Assembly (NCBI GenBank): GCA_963754315.1
Contig: CAVWFS010000011.1
Location: 64,001 to 128,000 of the forward strand
Length of the DNA stretch: 64,000 bases
Direction of reading: 5' to 3'
Origin: an uncultured Candidatus Rokubacteria bacterium
GTDB lineage: Bacteria > Methylomirabilota > Methylomirabilia > Rokubacteriales > CSP1-6
The notes under the pieces were generated by a model, which made no database searches, had not been told where the DNA came from, and saw nothing but the letters and a program-made list of their open reading frames with translations. Shown one piece after another: positions 30,808 to 38,701 of this stretch. The position numbers and the translations under genes are program-made. Positions within the stretch are counted from its first letter, which is position 1, and the number at the start of each line of letters is the position of its first letter.

Positions 30808-31679
30808 GAGAGATCCGGGGCGAGGTTCGCTTCAAGGAGCCGCTGAGCTTTCACACGTCTCTGCGTATCGGCGGCCCGGCGGACATCTTCATCGTGCCCC
30901 AGAATGTCGACGACATCCGCCACGCGCTCCTCTTCGCCGAGCGCGATCAGCTCAGCGTCACCGTCATCGGGGGCGGCAATAACCTGATTGTCCGCGACCG
31001 CGGGGTGCGCGGCGTCACCCTCAAGCTCGAAGGCTGCCTGGGGCGGGCCGAATACCAGGGAGAAGAGGCCATCGCGGGAGCGGGGGTGAGCCTCTCGGGT
31101 CTGATCCGGGAGGCAGCCGCGCTGTCCCTCGGCGGCATCGAGTGCCTCATCGGTATTCCGGCGAGCATCGGGGGTGCCCTGGCCATGAACGCCGGCACGC
31201 CGGACGGCTGGATCGGCGACTTCGTGAGCGTCGTGTATTTCCTCTATCCGGACGGCACTCTCGGAGAGTTCAAGCCGGCGGCCGGTCCTCTCGGCTACCG
31301 GGCCTTCGAGGCCCCGCCCGGCGCGGTGCTGATCGGCTGCCGCTTGCGGCTGCACCGCCGTCCGACCGCCGAGATTCATCGCGACCTCAAGCAGCGCCTC
31401 AAGGGGAAGAAGTCGAGCCAGCCGCTCGCGCTGGCATCGGCCGGGTTCGTGTGGAAGAACCCACCTGGCAAGACGGCAGGCAAGCTCATCGAGAAGGTCG
31501 GTCTGCGGGGCAAGCGAGTGGGGGGAGCCGAGATCTCCGCCAAGAACGTCAACTTCGTCGTCAACCGGGGCGGCGCGAGCGCCAGCGATATCCTCGGCTT
31601 GCTGGAGCTCACCCGCGAGCGGGTGAAAAGCCAGTTCGACGTGCTCCTCGAACACGAGATCCGGATCATCGGTGAATAG
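30801..31679 (+). CDS. murB: MurB-family FAD protein with altered active-site motifs
   Basis: [30 protein letters not shown]; position after murC. Confidence 0.88.
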   Translation: MLGEIRGEVRFKEPLSFHTSLRIGGPADIFIVPQNVDDIRHALLFAERDQLSVTVIGGGNNLIVRDRGVRGVTLKLEGCLGRAEYQGEEAIAGAGVSLSGLIREAAALSLGGIECLIGIPASIGGALAMNAGTPDGWIGDFVSVVYFLYPDGTLGEFKPAAGPLGYRAFEAPPGAVLIGCRLRLHRRPTAEIHRDLKQRLKGKKSSQPLALASAGFVWKNPPGKTAGKLIEKVGLRGKRVGGAEISAKNVNFVVNRGGASASDILGLLELTRERVKSQFDVLLEHEIRIIGE

Positions 31680-32541
31680 GCGCAGGCATCTCGCCACTCC
31701 GCACGGCACGGCTGGTGTGCTGGCCGATGTCGGCCGGCGCGCACGGCTCGCGAGTCGGCAGCGGATCGGCCGCGCCCGACGTCGCCGCCGCCTGCGCGCC
31801 CGCCTCGTGCGCTGGGCGGGATGGGTCGGTGGCATAACGCTCGTGCTCGCGATCAGCGCGGGGAGCGTCGCGTGGCTGCTCACCACACCGCACCTGGCCG
31901 TCCGCACCATCCAAGTGGACGGTGCCACCCGCGTGTCGGCCGAGGAGATCGTGGCGACCGCAGACCTTCCGCTGGGCACGAACATACTTATGGTCGATCC
32001 CGCCGCGATCCGCGCCCGTGTGGAAACCCTGCCGCAGATTCGTACCGTGGAGATCATCCGCGAGCTCCCTGACCGAGTGACGATCCTCGTCGAGGAGCGC
32101 CGGCCGTTCACCTTAATTCATGCGGGGCGACTGCACTGGATAGACGAGGAAGCACGGCTGCTCGGCGAAGAACGGGAGGCCGTTTCGCCGCCGGTGCCCA
32201 TCATCAGCGGACTCACCGATGAGGAATTGACCAGCATGCGCTCGGCTCCCGGGGCCAAGGCGCAGGCCGCCATGACCCTCGTGCGCACCTTGATGCGCAG
32301 CGGCTCTAGCCTTCTGGCCGAGATCTCCGAGATCGACATGAGTCGCCGGGAGGGTCCGATCCTCTACACGTCGGACGGGATCGAGGTCCGGCTCGGCAAT
32401 GAGCAGTGGGAAGAGCGGCTGGCCCGCCTGGAGGGTGTGCTCGGCCAGCTGGCAATCCACGATGGCAAGAGTGGCACGATCACGGCCGTGGACCTGCGCT
32501 TCCGCGACCAGGTCGTGCTGCGGAACGGAGGACCGCGATAG
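31672..32541 (+). CDS. ftsQ: Cell division protein FtsQ/DivIB
   Basis: Basic N-terminus, TM, POTRA-like region (RELPDRVTILVEER), C-terminal VDLRF. Confidence 0.92.
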   Translation: MNRRRHLATPHGTAGVLADVGRRARLASRQRIGRARRRRRLRARLVRWAGWVGGITLVLAISAGSVAWLLTTPHLAVRTIQVDGATRVSAEEIVATADLPLGTNILMVDPAAIRARVETLPQIRTVEIIRELPDRVTILVEERRPFTLIHAGRLHWIDEEARLLGEEREAVSPPVPIISGLTDEELTSMRSAPGAKAQAAMTLVRTLMRSGSSLLAEISEIDMSRREGPILYTSDGIEVRLGNEQWEERLARLEGVLGQLAIHDGKSGTITAVDLRFRDQVVLRNGGPR

Positions 32542-33785
32542 CACGCTCGAGGGGTCAGGAAGCCATCGTCGGACTGGACGTTGGTACCACCAAGATCTGT
32601 TGTGTCATCGCCGAGCCGACTGCGGCGGGCGGGATCGAGATCACCGGTCTTGCCGCTGCTCCTTCCCGAGGCCTGCGGAAGGGAGTCGTCGTCAACATCG
32701 ACTCGACGGTCGAGGCCATCAAGGAAGCGGTAACCCACGCCGAGGAGCAGGCCGGGGTCGAAGTATCGGGTGTCTATGTGGGCGTGGCTGGTGGCCACAT
32801 CCGCGGAGTCAACAGCCGGGGTGTGGTGGCCATTGCCGGCAAGCATCGCGAGGTGGACGAGACCGATGTCCAGCGAGCGGTGGATGCTGCCCGGGCCATT
32901 AATTTGCCGCAGGACCGCGAAATCATCCACGTGCTCCCACAGACCTTCCTGGTCGACGACCAGGACTGCGTGCGGGAGCCCATCGGCATGTCGGGCGTGC
33001 GCCTGGAGGTCGAGGTGCACATCGTGTCGGGCGCCAGCACGTCCGTCCAGAACGTGATCCGCTCCGTCAACCGCGCGGGCCTCGCCGTGCACGATCTGGT
33101 GCTGGAGCCTTTGGCCTCCGCGGAGGCCGTGCTCTTCGAGGATGAGCGCGAGCTCGGTGTGGTGATCATCGACATCGGGGGGGGGACGACAGACGTGGCC
33201 CTCATCCGGGAAGGGGCAGTCTGGCACACATCCATTCTGCCCTTGGGTGGCGATCACATCACCAACGACATCGCGGTCGGACTGCGCACGCCGGTAGCGG
33301 ATGCCGAGCTGCTCAAGAAGCGCCACGGGGCGGCGCTCGCCGCGCTGGTGCCCGCCGACGAGACCGTCGATGTGCCGTCGGTCGGTGGCCGCAAGCCCCG
33401 CCAGCTATCGCGGCAGGTGCTGGCCGGGATCCTCCAACCACGGGTGGAGGAGATCTTCACGTTGGTGGCGCGCAGTCTCATGCGCAGCGGTTTCGAGGAT
33501 GCCGCCACGGCCGGCTTCGTGGTGACGGGTGGCACGGCAATCATGGAAGGCCTGCCCGAGTTGGCCGAGCGGGTCCTGGGCCAGCCGGTACGCCGCGGCG
33601 CGCCGGCTATCGTTGGTGGCCTCGTGGAGACGGTGAGCGGTCCCATCTACGCCACTGGTGTGGGCCTCGCCCTCTACGGTGCCAAGCGGCCCCTGGCCGG
33701 GGCCGCCTCGATCGACATCGTCGAGAAGAGCCCACTCAGTCGTCTGGGCCGTCGGCTCACGGCCCTGTTCGGAGAAGTTCTCTGA
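32538..33785 (+). CDS. ftsA: Cell division protein FtsA
   Basis: VGLDVGTTK, GLRKGVVVNI, DIGGGTTD, GGDHITND, AELLK; apparent ATA start 6 nt after GGAGG. Confidence 0.96.
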   Translation: MARSRGQEAIVGLDVGTTKICCVIAEPTAAGGIEITGLAAAPSRGLRKGVVVNIDSTVEAIKEAVTHAEEQAGVEVSGVYVGVAGGHIRGVNSRGVVAIAGKHREVDETDVQRAVDAARAINLPQDREIIHVLPQTFLVDDQDCVREPIGMSGVRLEVEVHIVSGASTSVQNVIRSVNRAGLAVHDLVLEPLASAEAVLFEDERELGVVIIDIGGGTTDVALIREGAVWHTSILPLGGDHITNDIAVGLRTPVADAELLKKRHGAALAALVPADETVDVPSVGGRKPRQLSRQVLAGILQPRVEEIFTLVARSLMRSGFEDAATAGFVVTGGTAIMEGLPELAERVLGQPVRRGAPAIVGGLVETVSGPIYATGVGLALYGAKRPLAGAASIDIVEKSPLSRLGRRLTALFGEVL

Positions 33786-33837
33786 CCATCGTTGTGGCGA
33801 GCGGAGGTCTCGGACCATCGTAGCCCCCGCGTAGACC

Positions 33838-33875
33838 GGGGAGGTCTGGAGGGGGGCTCCAACGCTCCCTCCAGC
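33838..33875 (+). repeat. G-rich palindromic hairpin between ftsA and ftsZ
   Basis: GGGGAGGT-CTGGAGGGGGGC-TCCAAC-GCTCCCTCCAG. Confidence 0.55.
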
Positions 33876-33892
33876 AACAAGGAGGCAGCTTG

Positions 33893-35056
33893 ATGGAAAA
33901 AGAGCGTGTGCGGCGCCCGCTGTTCGAACTGGAGGATGCTCCGCAGGCGGCGAAGATCAAGGTCATCGGACTCGGTGGCGGCGGCGGCAACGCCATCAGC
34001 CGGATGCTGGAGGCGCAGTTCTCGGGAGTGGATTTCATCGTCGCCAACACCGACAGCCAGGCCCTGCGCACCTCACCGGCGCCAGTGAAGATCCAGCTTG
34101 GCGCCAATGTCACCAAAGGGCTGGGAGCTGGCTCCGATCCCGAGATCGGCCGGCAGGCCGCGCAGGAGAACGCCGATCAGATGGCCCGCCTCCTCGAGGG
34201 CGCTGATATGGTGTTCATCACGGCCGGTCTCGGAGGCGGGACGGGCACCGGCTCGGCGCCGGTGGTGGCCTCGCTCGCCAAGGAGTTGGGCATCCTCACC
34301 GTGGCCGTGGTGACCAAACCGTTCCACTTCGAGGGGCGCCGGCGCATGCACCAGGCGGAGGCAGGACTGGAGGCGCTACGAGGCGTGGTCGACACGCTCA
34401 TCACCATCCCCAATCAGCGCCTGCTCTCCGTGGTCGATCGCGGCACGCCCCTGATGGCCGCCTTCCGGGTCGCCGACACCGTGCTGCAGCAGGCGGTGCA
34501 AGGGATCTCCGACCTGATCCTCGTCCCCGGACTCATCAACCTCGACTTCGCTGACGTGCGCACGATCATGTCGGGGATGGGGATGGCCATGATGGGGACC
34601 GGGGTCGGCCGAGGCGAGGACCGCGCGCTGGACGCCGCCCACAAGGCGATCGCCAGCCCGCTGCTCGACGAGACGTCGATCGAGGGCGCGAAGGGCATCC
34701 TCATCAACTTCACCGGTGGCGCCGACCTCACGGTGCACGAGGTGGAGGAGGCGGCCCGCATCGTCCAGGAAGCGGCCCATGACGAGGCCAACATCATCTT
34801 CGGGGCCGTGATCGATCCGAACATCCAGGACGAGGTGCGGATGACCGTCATCGCCACAGGCTTCGTCGAGCGCAAGGAGATGTTCACGGCGAGCGGTAAG
34901 GTGGTCGACCTGCCGCCACGCGCCAGCCGGATGACACAGCCGACGCCCGGTACCGCGTGGCGCCGTCGGGCAGGCGAGCCACGCCTGGAGGGCGATGATC
35001 CGATGGAGGGCGATGATCTCGACGTCCCGGCCTTCCTGCGACGCCAGGCCGATTGA
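33893..35056 (+). CDS. ftsZ: Cell division protein FtsZ
   Basis: GGGGGNA, GGGTGTG tubulin signature, INLDFAD, C-terminal [20 protein letters not shown]. Confidence 0.98.
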   Translation: MEKERVRRPLFELEDAPQAAKIKVIGLGGGGGNAISRMLEAQFSGVDFIVANTDSQALRTSPAPVKIQLGANVTKGLGAGSDPEIGRQAAQENADQMARLLEGADMVFITAGLGGGTGTGSAPVVASLAKELGILTVAVVTKPFHFEGRRRMHQAEAGLEALRGVVDTLITIPNQRLLSVVDRGTPLMAAFRVADTVLQQAVQGISDLILVPGLINLDFADVRTIMSGMGMAMMGTGVGRGEDRALDAAHKAIASPLLDETSIEGAKGILINFTGGADLTVHEVEEAARIVQEAAHDEANIIFGAVIDPNIQDEVRMTVIATGFVERKEMFTASGKVVDLPPRASRMTQPTPGTAWRRRAGEPRLEGDDPMEGDDLDVPAFLRRQAD

Positions 35057-35064
35057 TTGATATC

Positions 35065-35139
35065 ATGGGGGGCCCCGAAATGGCCCCCCAAACCCCCCAG
35101 CGCTCGGGGTACCCCGGGGAACCCGGGGCGCCCCTCGAT
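35065..35139 (-). repeat. REP-like double-hairpin element, inverted relative to the 35.9-36.1 kb copies
   Basis: Reverse complement atcgaggggcgccccgggttccccggggtaccccgagcgctggggggtttggggggccatttcggggccccccat aligns without gaps to the tandem unit. Confidence 0.85.
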
Positions 35140-35880
35140 TGTGCGCCAGGTTCTGGGGGTCCGCCGCTGTACTTCACGTTTTCGAGCCTGGCGGCGGTTG
35201 GGCTCGCGCATGCGACGACCACGCGGCACTTTCCTGGAACGAGGCCGTTTGGTGATGCGACGTCTCCGTTCCTGCCGGAAGCGCGAGAGGCGCTCGTACC
35301 GGCCGGGCTTGATCTCGCGCAGGTCGCCTACGGGCGCCAGGTGCATGGGGTGGCGCATGCGCGCGTGACGAGCGGGGGACTGGCGGGAACGGTGGACATC
35401 CTCGTCACGACCGCGCGGGGGCTGCCGCTTGCCATCTCGACGGCGGACTGTCTGGCCGTCACCGTCTGTGATCCTGACGCCCCGGCCCTCGCCATCGCGC
35501 ATGTCGGGTGGCGAGGTACTGTGCAGGGCGGCGCCACCGCCACGGTGGCGGCCCTCGACGCCGCCGGCGCACGTGTCGAACGCATGCGCGTGGGCATCGG
35601 GCCCTCGATCGGGCCTTGCTGCTACGAGGTCGACGAGCCGGTCATCGCTCGATTTCGAGAGGCCTATCCCCGGGATTGGGACCGATGGGTGCGCCCGGGG
35701 CGTCCTGGGCACTGGATGCTCGACCTCTGGGCCACGAACGAGGATCTCCTGGTGGCGGCCGGGCTCGCACGCTCGGCCATCGAGAACCCGCGCCTATGCA
35801 CGGCGTGCCAGCCGGATCTGTTCTTTTCGTACCGGAAGGGGCACCGCGGCCGCCTCATCACCGTGGCTGCCCTTCCGTGA
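35065..35880 (+). CDS. pgeF: Peptidoglycan editing factor PgeF/YfiH (purine nucleoside phosphorylase/laccase-domain family)
   Basis: QVHG, TADC, AHVGWRG, IGPSIGPCCYEV, CTAC, FFSYR; start uncertain because the 5' end lies in the repeat. Confidence 0.92.
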   Translation: MGGPEMAPQTPQRSGYPGEPGAPLDCAPGSGGPPLYFTFSSLAAVGLAHATTTRHFPGTRPFGDATSPFLPEAREALVPAGLDLAQVAYGRQVHGVAHARVTSGGLAGTVDILVTTARGLPLAISTADCLAVTVCDPDAPALAIAHVGWRGTVQGGATATVAALDAAGARVERMRVGIGPSIGPCCYEVDEPVIARFREAYPRDWDRWVRPGRPGHWMLDLWATNEDLLVAAGLARSAIENPRLCTACQPDLFFSYRKGHRGRLITVAALP

Positions 35881-36104
35881 TGCGGGGGCCCTTTCGGGCC
35901 CCCCACCGAGCTCCCAAGAGTGAGCGTGATCCCGAGGCGCGCGCCGGGTGTCCCGGGGCGCGACGAGCGCTGGGGGGCATGGGGGGCCCTTTCGAGGCCC
36001 CCCACCGATCAAGAGTGAGCGTGATCCCGAGGCGCGCGCCGGGTGTCCCGGGGCGCGACGAGCGCTGGGGGGCATGGGGGGCCCTTTCGAGGCCCCCCAC
36101 CGAT
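35881..36104 (+). repeat. Tandem array: partial hairpin plus two identical 95-bp REP-like units
   Basis: Units at 35915-36009 and 36010-36104 (caagagtgagcgtgatcccgagg...ggggggccctttcgaggccccccaccgat); partial copy 35881-35909. Confidence 0.93.
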
Positions 36105-36122
36105 AGTCTAGAATTCACGCCA

Positions 36123-36812
36123 ATGGTGGACGACGACATCCGGAGCAATCTCGAGCAGGTAGGAGAGCGGATTGCGCGCGCGGCCGAGCGAGCGGGGCGG
36201 CGACCCGAAGACGTGCTCCTCATCGCCGTCTCGAAAACGGTGGAGGTGGAGCGGATTCGGCAGGCGGTGGCCGCCGGGGTTCGTGCGCTCGGTGAAAACC
36301 GTGTGCAGGAAGCCAAGGAGAAGGTGACGGAGCTCGGACACCCGGTGCCCTGGCATCTCATCGGCCACCTGCAGACAAACAAAGTCAGGGATGCTCTCAC
36401 GCTCTTCGACGTCATCCAGTCCATCGATCGGCTGGAGCTGGCGCGCGAATGCGACCGGCGCGCGCGCAGTGCAGGGCGCGTGATCGACACCCTCCTGGAA
36501 GTCAACGTCGGGGGCGAGTCCAGCAAAGGCGGCTTCGCCCCCGGCGAGGTGGCGGCGGCCCTGGACGCGCTGGCGGGGCTCGACCATATCCGGCTGCACG
36601 GGCTCATGGCCATCCCACCCGCGGCGGAGCGGGCCGAAGACACACGAGGCTGGTTTCGTCAGCTCCGCGGACTGGCCGAACGCCATGGGCTCAAGGAACT
36701 GTCCATGGGTATGAGCGCCGATTTCGAGGTGGCCATCGAGGAAGGGGCCACCATGGTCCGGGTAGGCACGGCCATCTTCGGCCCACGGCCGCCCCGGGCG
36801 ACGCGCGCGTGA
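36123..36812 (+). CDS. yggS: PLP homeostasis protein YggS/PLPBP
   Basis: IAVSK, GENRVQE, WHLIGHLQTNK, GLMAIP, LSMGMS, VRVGTAIFG. Confidence 0.96.
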   Translation: MVDDDIRSNLEQVGERIARAAERAGRRPEDVLLIAVSKTVEVERIRQAVAAGVRALGENRVQEAKEKVTELGHPVPWHLIGHLQTNKVRDALTLFDVIQSIDRLELARECDRRARSAGRVIDTLLEVNVGGESSKGGFAPGEVAAALDALAGLDHIRLHGLMAIPPAAERAEDTRGWFRQLRGLAERHGLKELSMGMSADFEVAIEEGATMVRVGTAIFGPRPPRATRA

Positions 36813-37633
36813 GCGTCAAGGGGAAGACGATCGGGTTTGTTGGATCGGGCGCCATGGGTGAGGCGCTCATCAAGGGCATCGTGGAAGCAGCCCTGGTCGC
36901 TCCTGACGCGGTCCTCGCCTTCGACGTGCGCACGGAGCGGTTGACGGAGCTGAGCCAGCGCTACGGCATCCGACCGGTCAAGAGCAACGCAGAGGTGATA
37001 CGGGGCGCCGACGTCGTGATCCTGGCCGTGAAGCCACAAATCATGGGATCGGTGCTCAACGATGTCCGCACGGCGCTGGGGCGTCGCAACCTGGTCATCT
37101 CCATCGCGGCCGGCGTGTCAACGGCCAAGTTGCGCGAGACGTTGGGAGCGCCTGCCCGGCTCATCCGCGTGATGCCCAACACGCCGGCACTCGTCCTGGA
37201 AGGGGTCACCGCCATTGCCAAGGGCCAGGGACTGGAAGCCGGCGATCTCGAGACGGCGGAGGAGCTGTTCAGCGCGGTGGGCAAGGTGGTGATCCTCGAC
37301 GAGGAATTGATGGACGCGGTGACCGGACTCTCCGGTTCCGGCCCGGCCTACGTGGCCATCGTGATCGAGGCGCTTGCCGACGGTGGTGTGAGGATGGGGC
37401 TCGACCGCGCCACCGCCATGACCCTGGCCGCTCAGACGGTGCTGGGCGCCGCGCGTCTGCTCATTCAGACCGGGCTCCATCCGGGCGCCCTCAAGGACAT
37501 GGTCAGCTCGCCCGGCGGCACCACCATCGCGGGCATCGCCGCCCTCGAGGAAGGGGGGATCCGGACCACCCTGATCAAGGCAGTGGAGCGAGCCACCCTG
37601 CGCTCTCGTGAGCTGGGCCGAGGGACAGGCTAG
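36809..37633 (+). CDS. proC: Pyrroline-5-carboxylate reductase
   Basis: GFVGSGAMG, LAVKPQ, RVMPNTP, SGSGPAY, SPGGTT. Confidence 0.96.
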   Translation: MSVKGKTIGFVGSGAMGEALIKGIVEAALVAPDAVLAFDVRTERLTELSQRYGIRPVKSNAEVIRGADVVILAVKPQIMGSVLNDVRTALGRRNLVISIAAGVSTAKLRETLGAPARLIRVMPNTPALVLEGVTAIAKGQGLEAGDLETAEELFSAVGKVVILDEELMDAVTGLSGSGPAYVAIVIEALADGGVRMGLDRATAMTLAAQTVLGAARLLIQTGLHPGALKDMVSSPGGTTIAGIAALEEGGIRTTLIKAVERATLRSRELGRGTG

Positions 37634-37932
37634 TGTTCGTCTTCGGTAACCTCCTGGAGACGGTGGCCGCCCTGCTCCACCTCGCCCTGAACATCTACAT
37701 CTGGATCATCATCGCCCGCGCCATCATCTCCTGGGTGAGCCCGGATCCCTCTAACCCGATCGTGCGCTTCCTCTATCGGGTCACCGAGCCCGCGCTCCGG
37801 CCAATCCGGAACCTCCTGCCCATGCAGGGTATCGGGCTCGATCTCTCTCCGATGATCCTGCTCCTGATCATCTACATTCTCGACAGCTTCGTGGTGCGGA
37901 CCCTGCGCGACCTGGCGGCAAGTCTCCGGTAG
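37633..37932 (+). CDS. yggT: YggT family membrane protein
   Basis: ISWVSPDPSNPIVRFLYRVTEP...DLSP. Confidence 0.92.
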   Translation: MFVFGNLLETVAALLHLALNIYIWIIIARAIISWVSPDPSNPIVRFLYRVTEPALRPIRNLLPMQGIGLDLSPMILLLIIYILDSFVVRTLRDLAASLR

Positions 37933-37949
37933 TTGCAGGAGAGGAGGCC

Positions 37950-38516
37950 ATGCGAATCAATCCCCTCGACATACGACAACAGACATTCACGACACGGATG
38001 TTCAAAGGATTCGATCCAGAGGAAGTCAATGCCTTCCTGGAAGACGCGGCTGAGAGCCTGGAATCGGCCTTGAAAGAGAACGCGCTCCTCAAGGATCAGC
38101 TCCTGGCCATGGAGGAGCGCACCCGGGGTCTCGCCGAACGGGAGAAACTGCTTCAAGACACGCTGACCACTACCCAGCGCCTGGCCGAAGACATGAAGGA
38201 AGGGTCCAAGCGCGAGGCGGCCCTGGTCGTCCGCGAAGGGGAACTCCAGCGGGAGAAGATGCTGGAGGCCGCGCGCGGAGAAGAGGCGCGCATCCTCAAC
38301 AGCGTGCAGACACTCAAGCGGACGCAACGACAGTTGGTGGAAGAACTGCGCGCTACCCTCGAGACCTACCAGCGGTGGATCGCGGACTTTGCCGGGAGAG
38401 TCAGCCGATATTTCCGTCCCGTGACGCGGGAACAACCGTGCGCCTGCGCGTTCAGCCGCGGGCCGCGCGCGACGAGGTGGTGGGTTGGCAGGCGGGAGGA
38501 TTGCGCGTGCGGGTGA
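37950..38516 (+). CDS. divIVA: DivIVA-domain protein (3' end possibly extended by a frameshift)
   Basis: MRINPLDIRQQTF...GFDPEEVNAFLE followed by coiled coil. Confidence 0.88.
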   Translation: MRINPLDIRQQTFTTRMFKGFDPEEVNAFLEDAAESLESALKENALLKDQLLAMEERTRGLAEREKLLQDTLTTTQRLAEDMKEGSKREAALVVREGELQREKMLEAARGEEARILNSVQTLKRTQRQLVEELRATLETYQRWIADFAGRVSRYFRPVTREQPCACAFSRGPRATRWWVGRREDCACG

Positions 38517-38701
38517 CGGCGCCCCCGGTGGACGGCGAGGCCAATCGGGCGGTGGTCCAGGTACTGGCGCGGGCGCTCGGCGTGCGGGCCGGGACTGTCA
38601 CCCTCGTTCACGGCGCTCGGGGGCGTGACAAGCTCGTGCGGGTGGAGGGCCTGAGCCTGCCCGAGATCGAAGCCCGTCTCGCGCGCGAGGGGGCGCGATG
38701 A
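38408..38701 (+). CDS. yggU: DUF167/YggU family protein
   Basis: VRVQPRA-like start, LRVRVTAPPVDGEAN, G..GRDK; start uncertain (ATA 38408, GTG 38438 or GTG 38375). Confidence 0.85.
   Translation: MFPSRDAGTTVRLRVQPRAARDEVVGWQAGGLRVRVTAPPVDGEANRAVVQVLARALGVRAGTVTLVHGARGRDKLVRVEGLSLPEIEARLAREGAR

Noticed and set aside
35881..36104. Three similar hairpin repeats at regular spacing as a CRISPR array
   Set aside because: The intervening sequences are identical rather than unique spacers, the period is 95 bp, and no cas genes are present.
35065..36104. pgeF as cargo of a composite transposon bounded by the inverted repeats
   Set aside because: pgeF sits in its usual position between ftsZ and yggS; no transposase or target-site duplication was seen, so independent repeat insertions are more likely.
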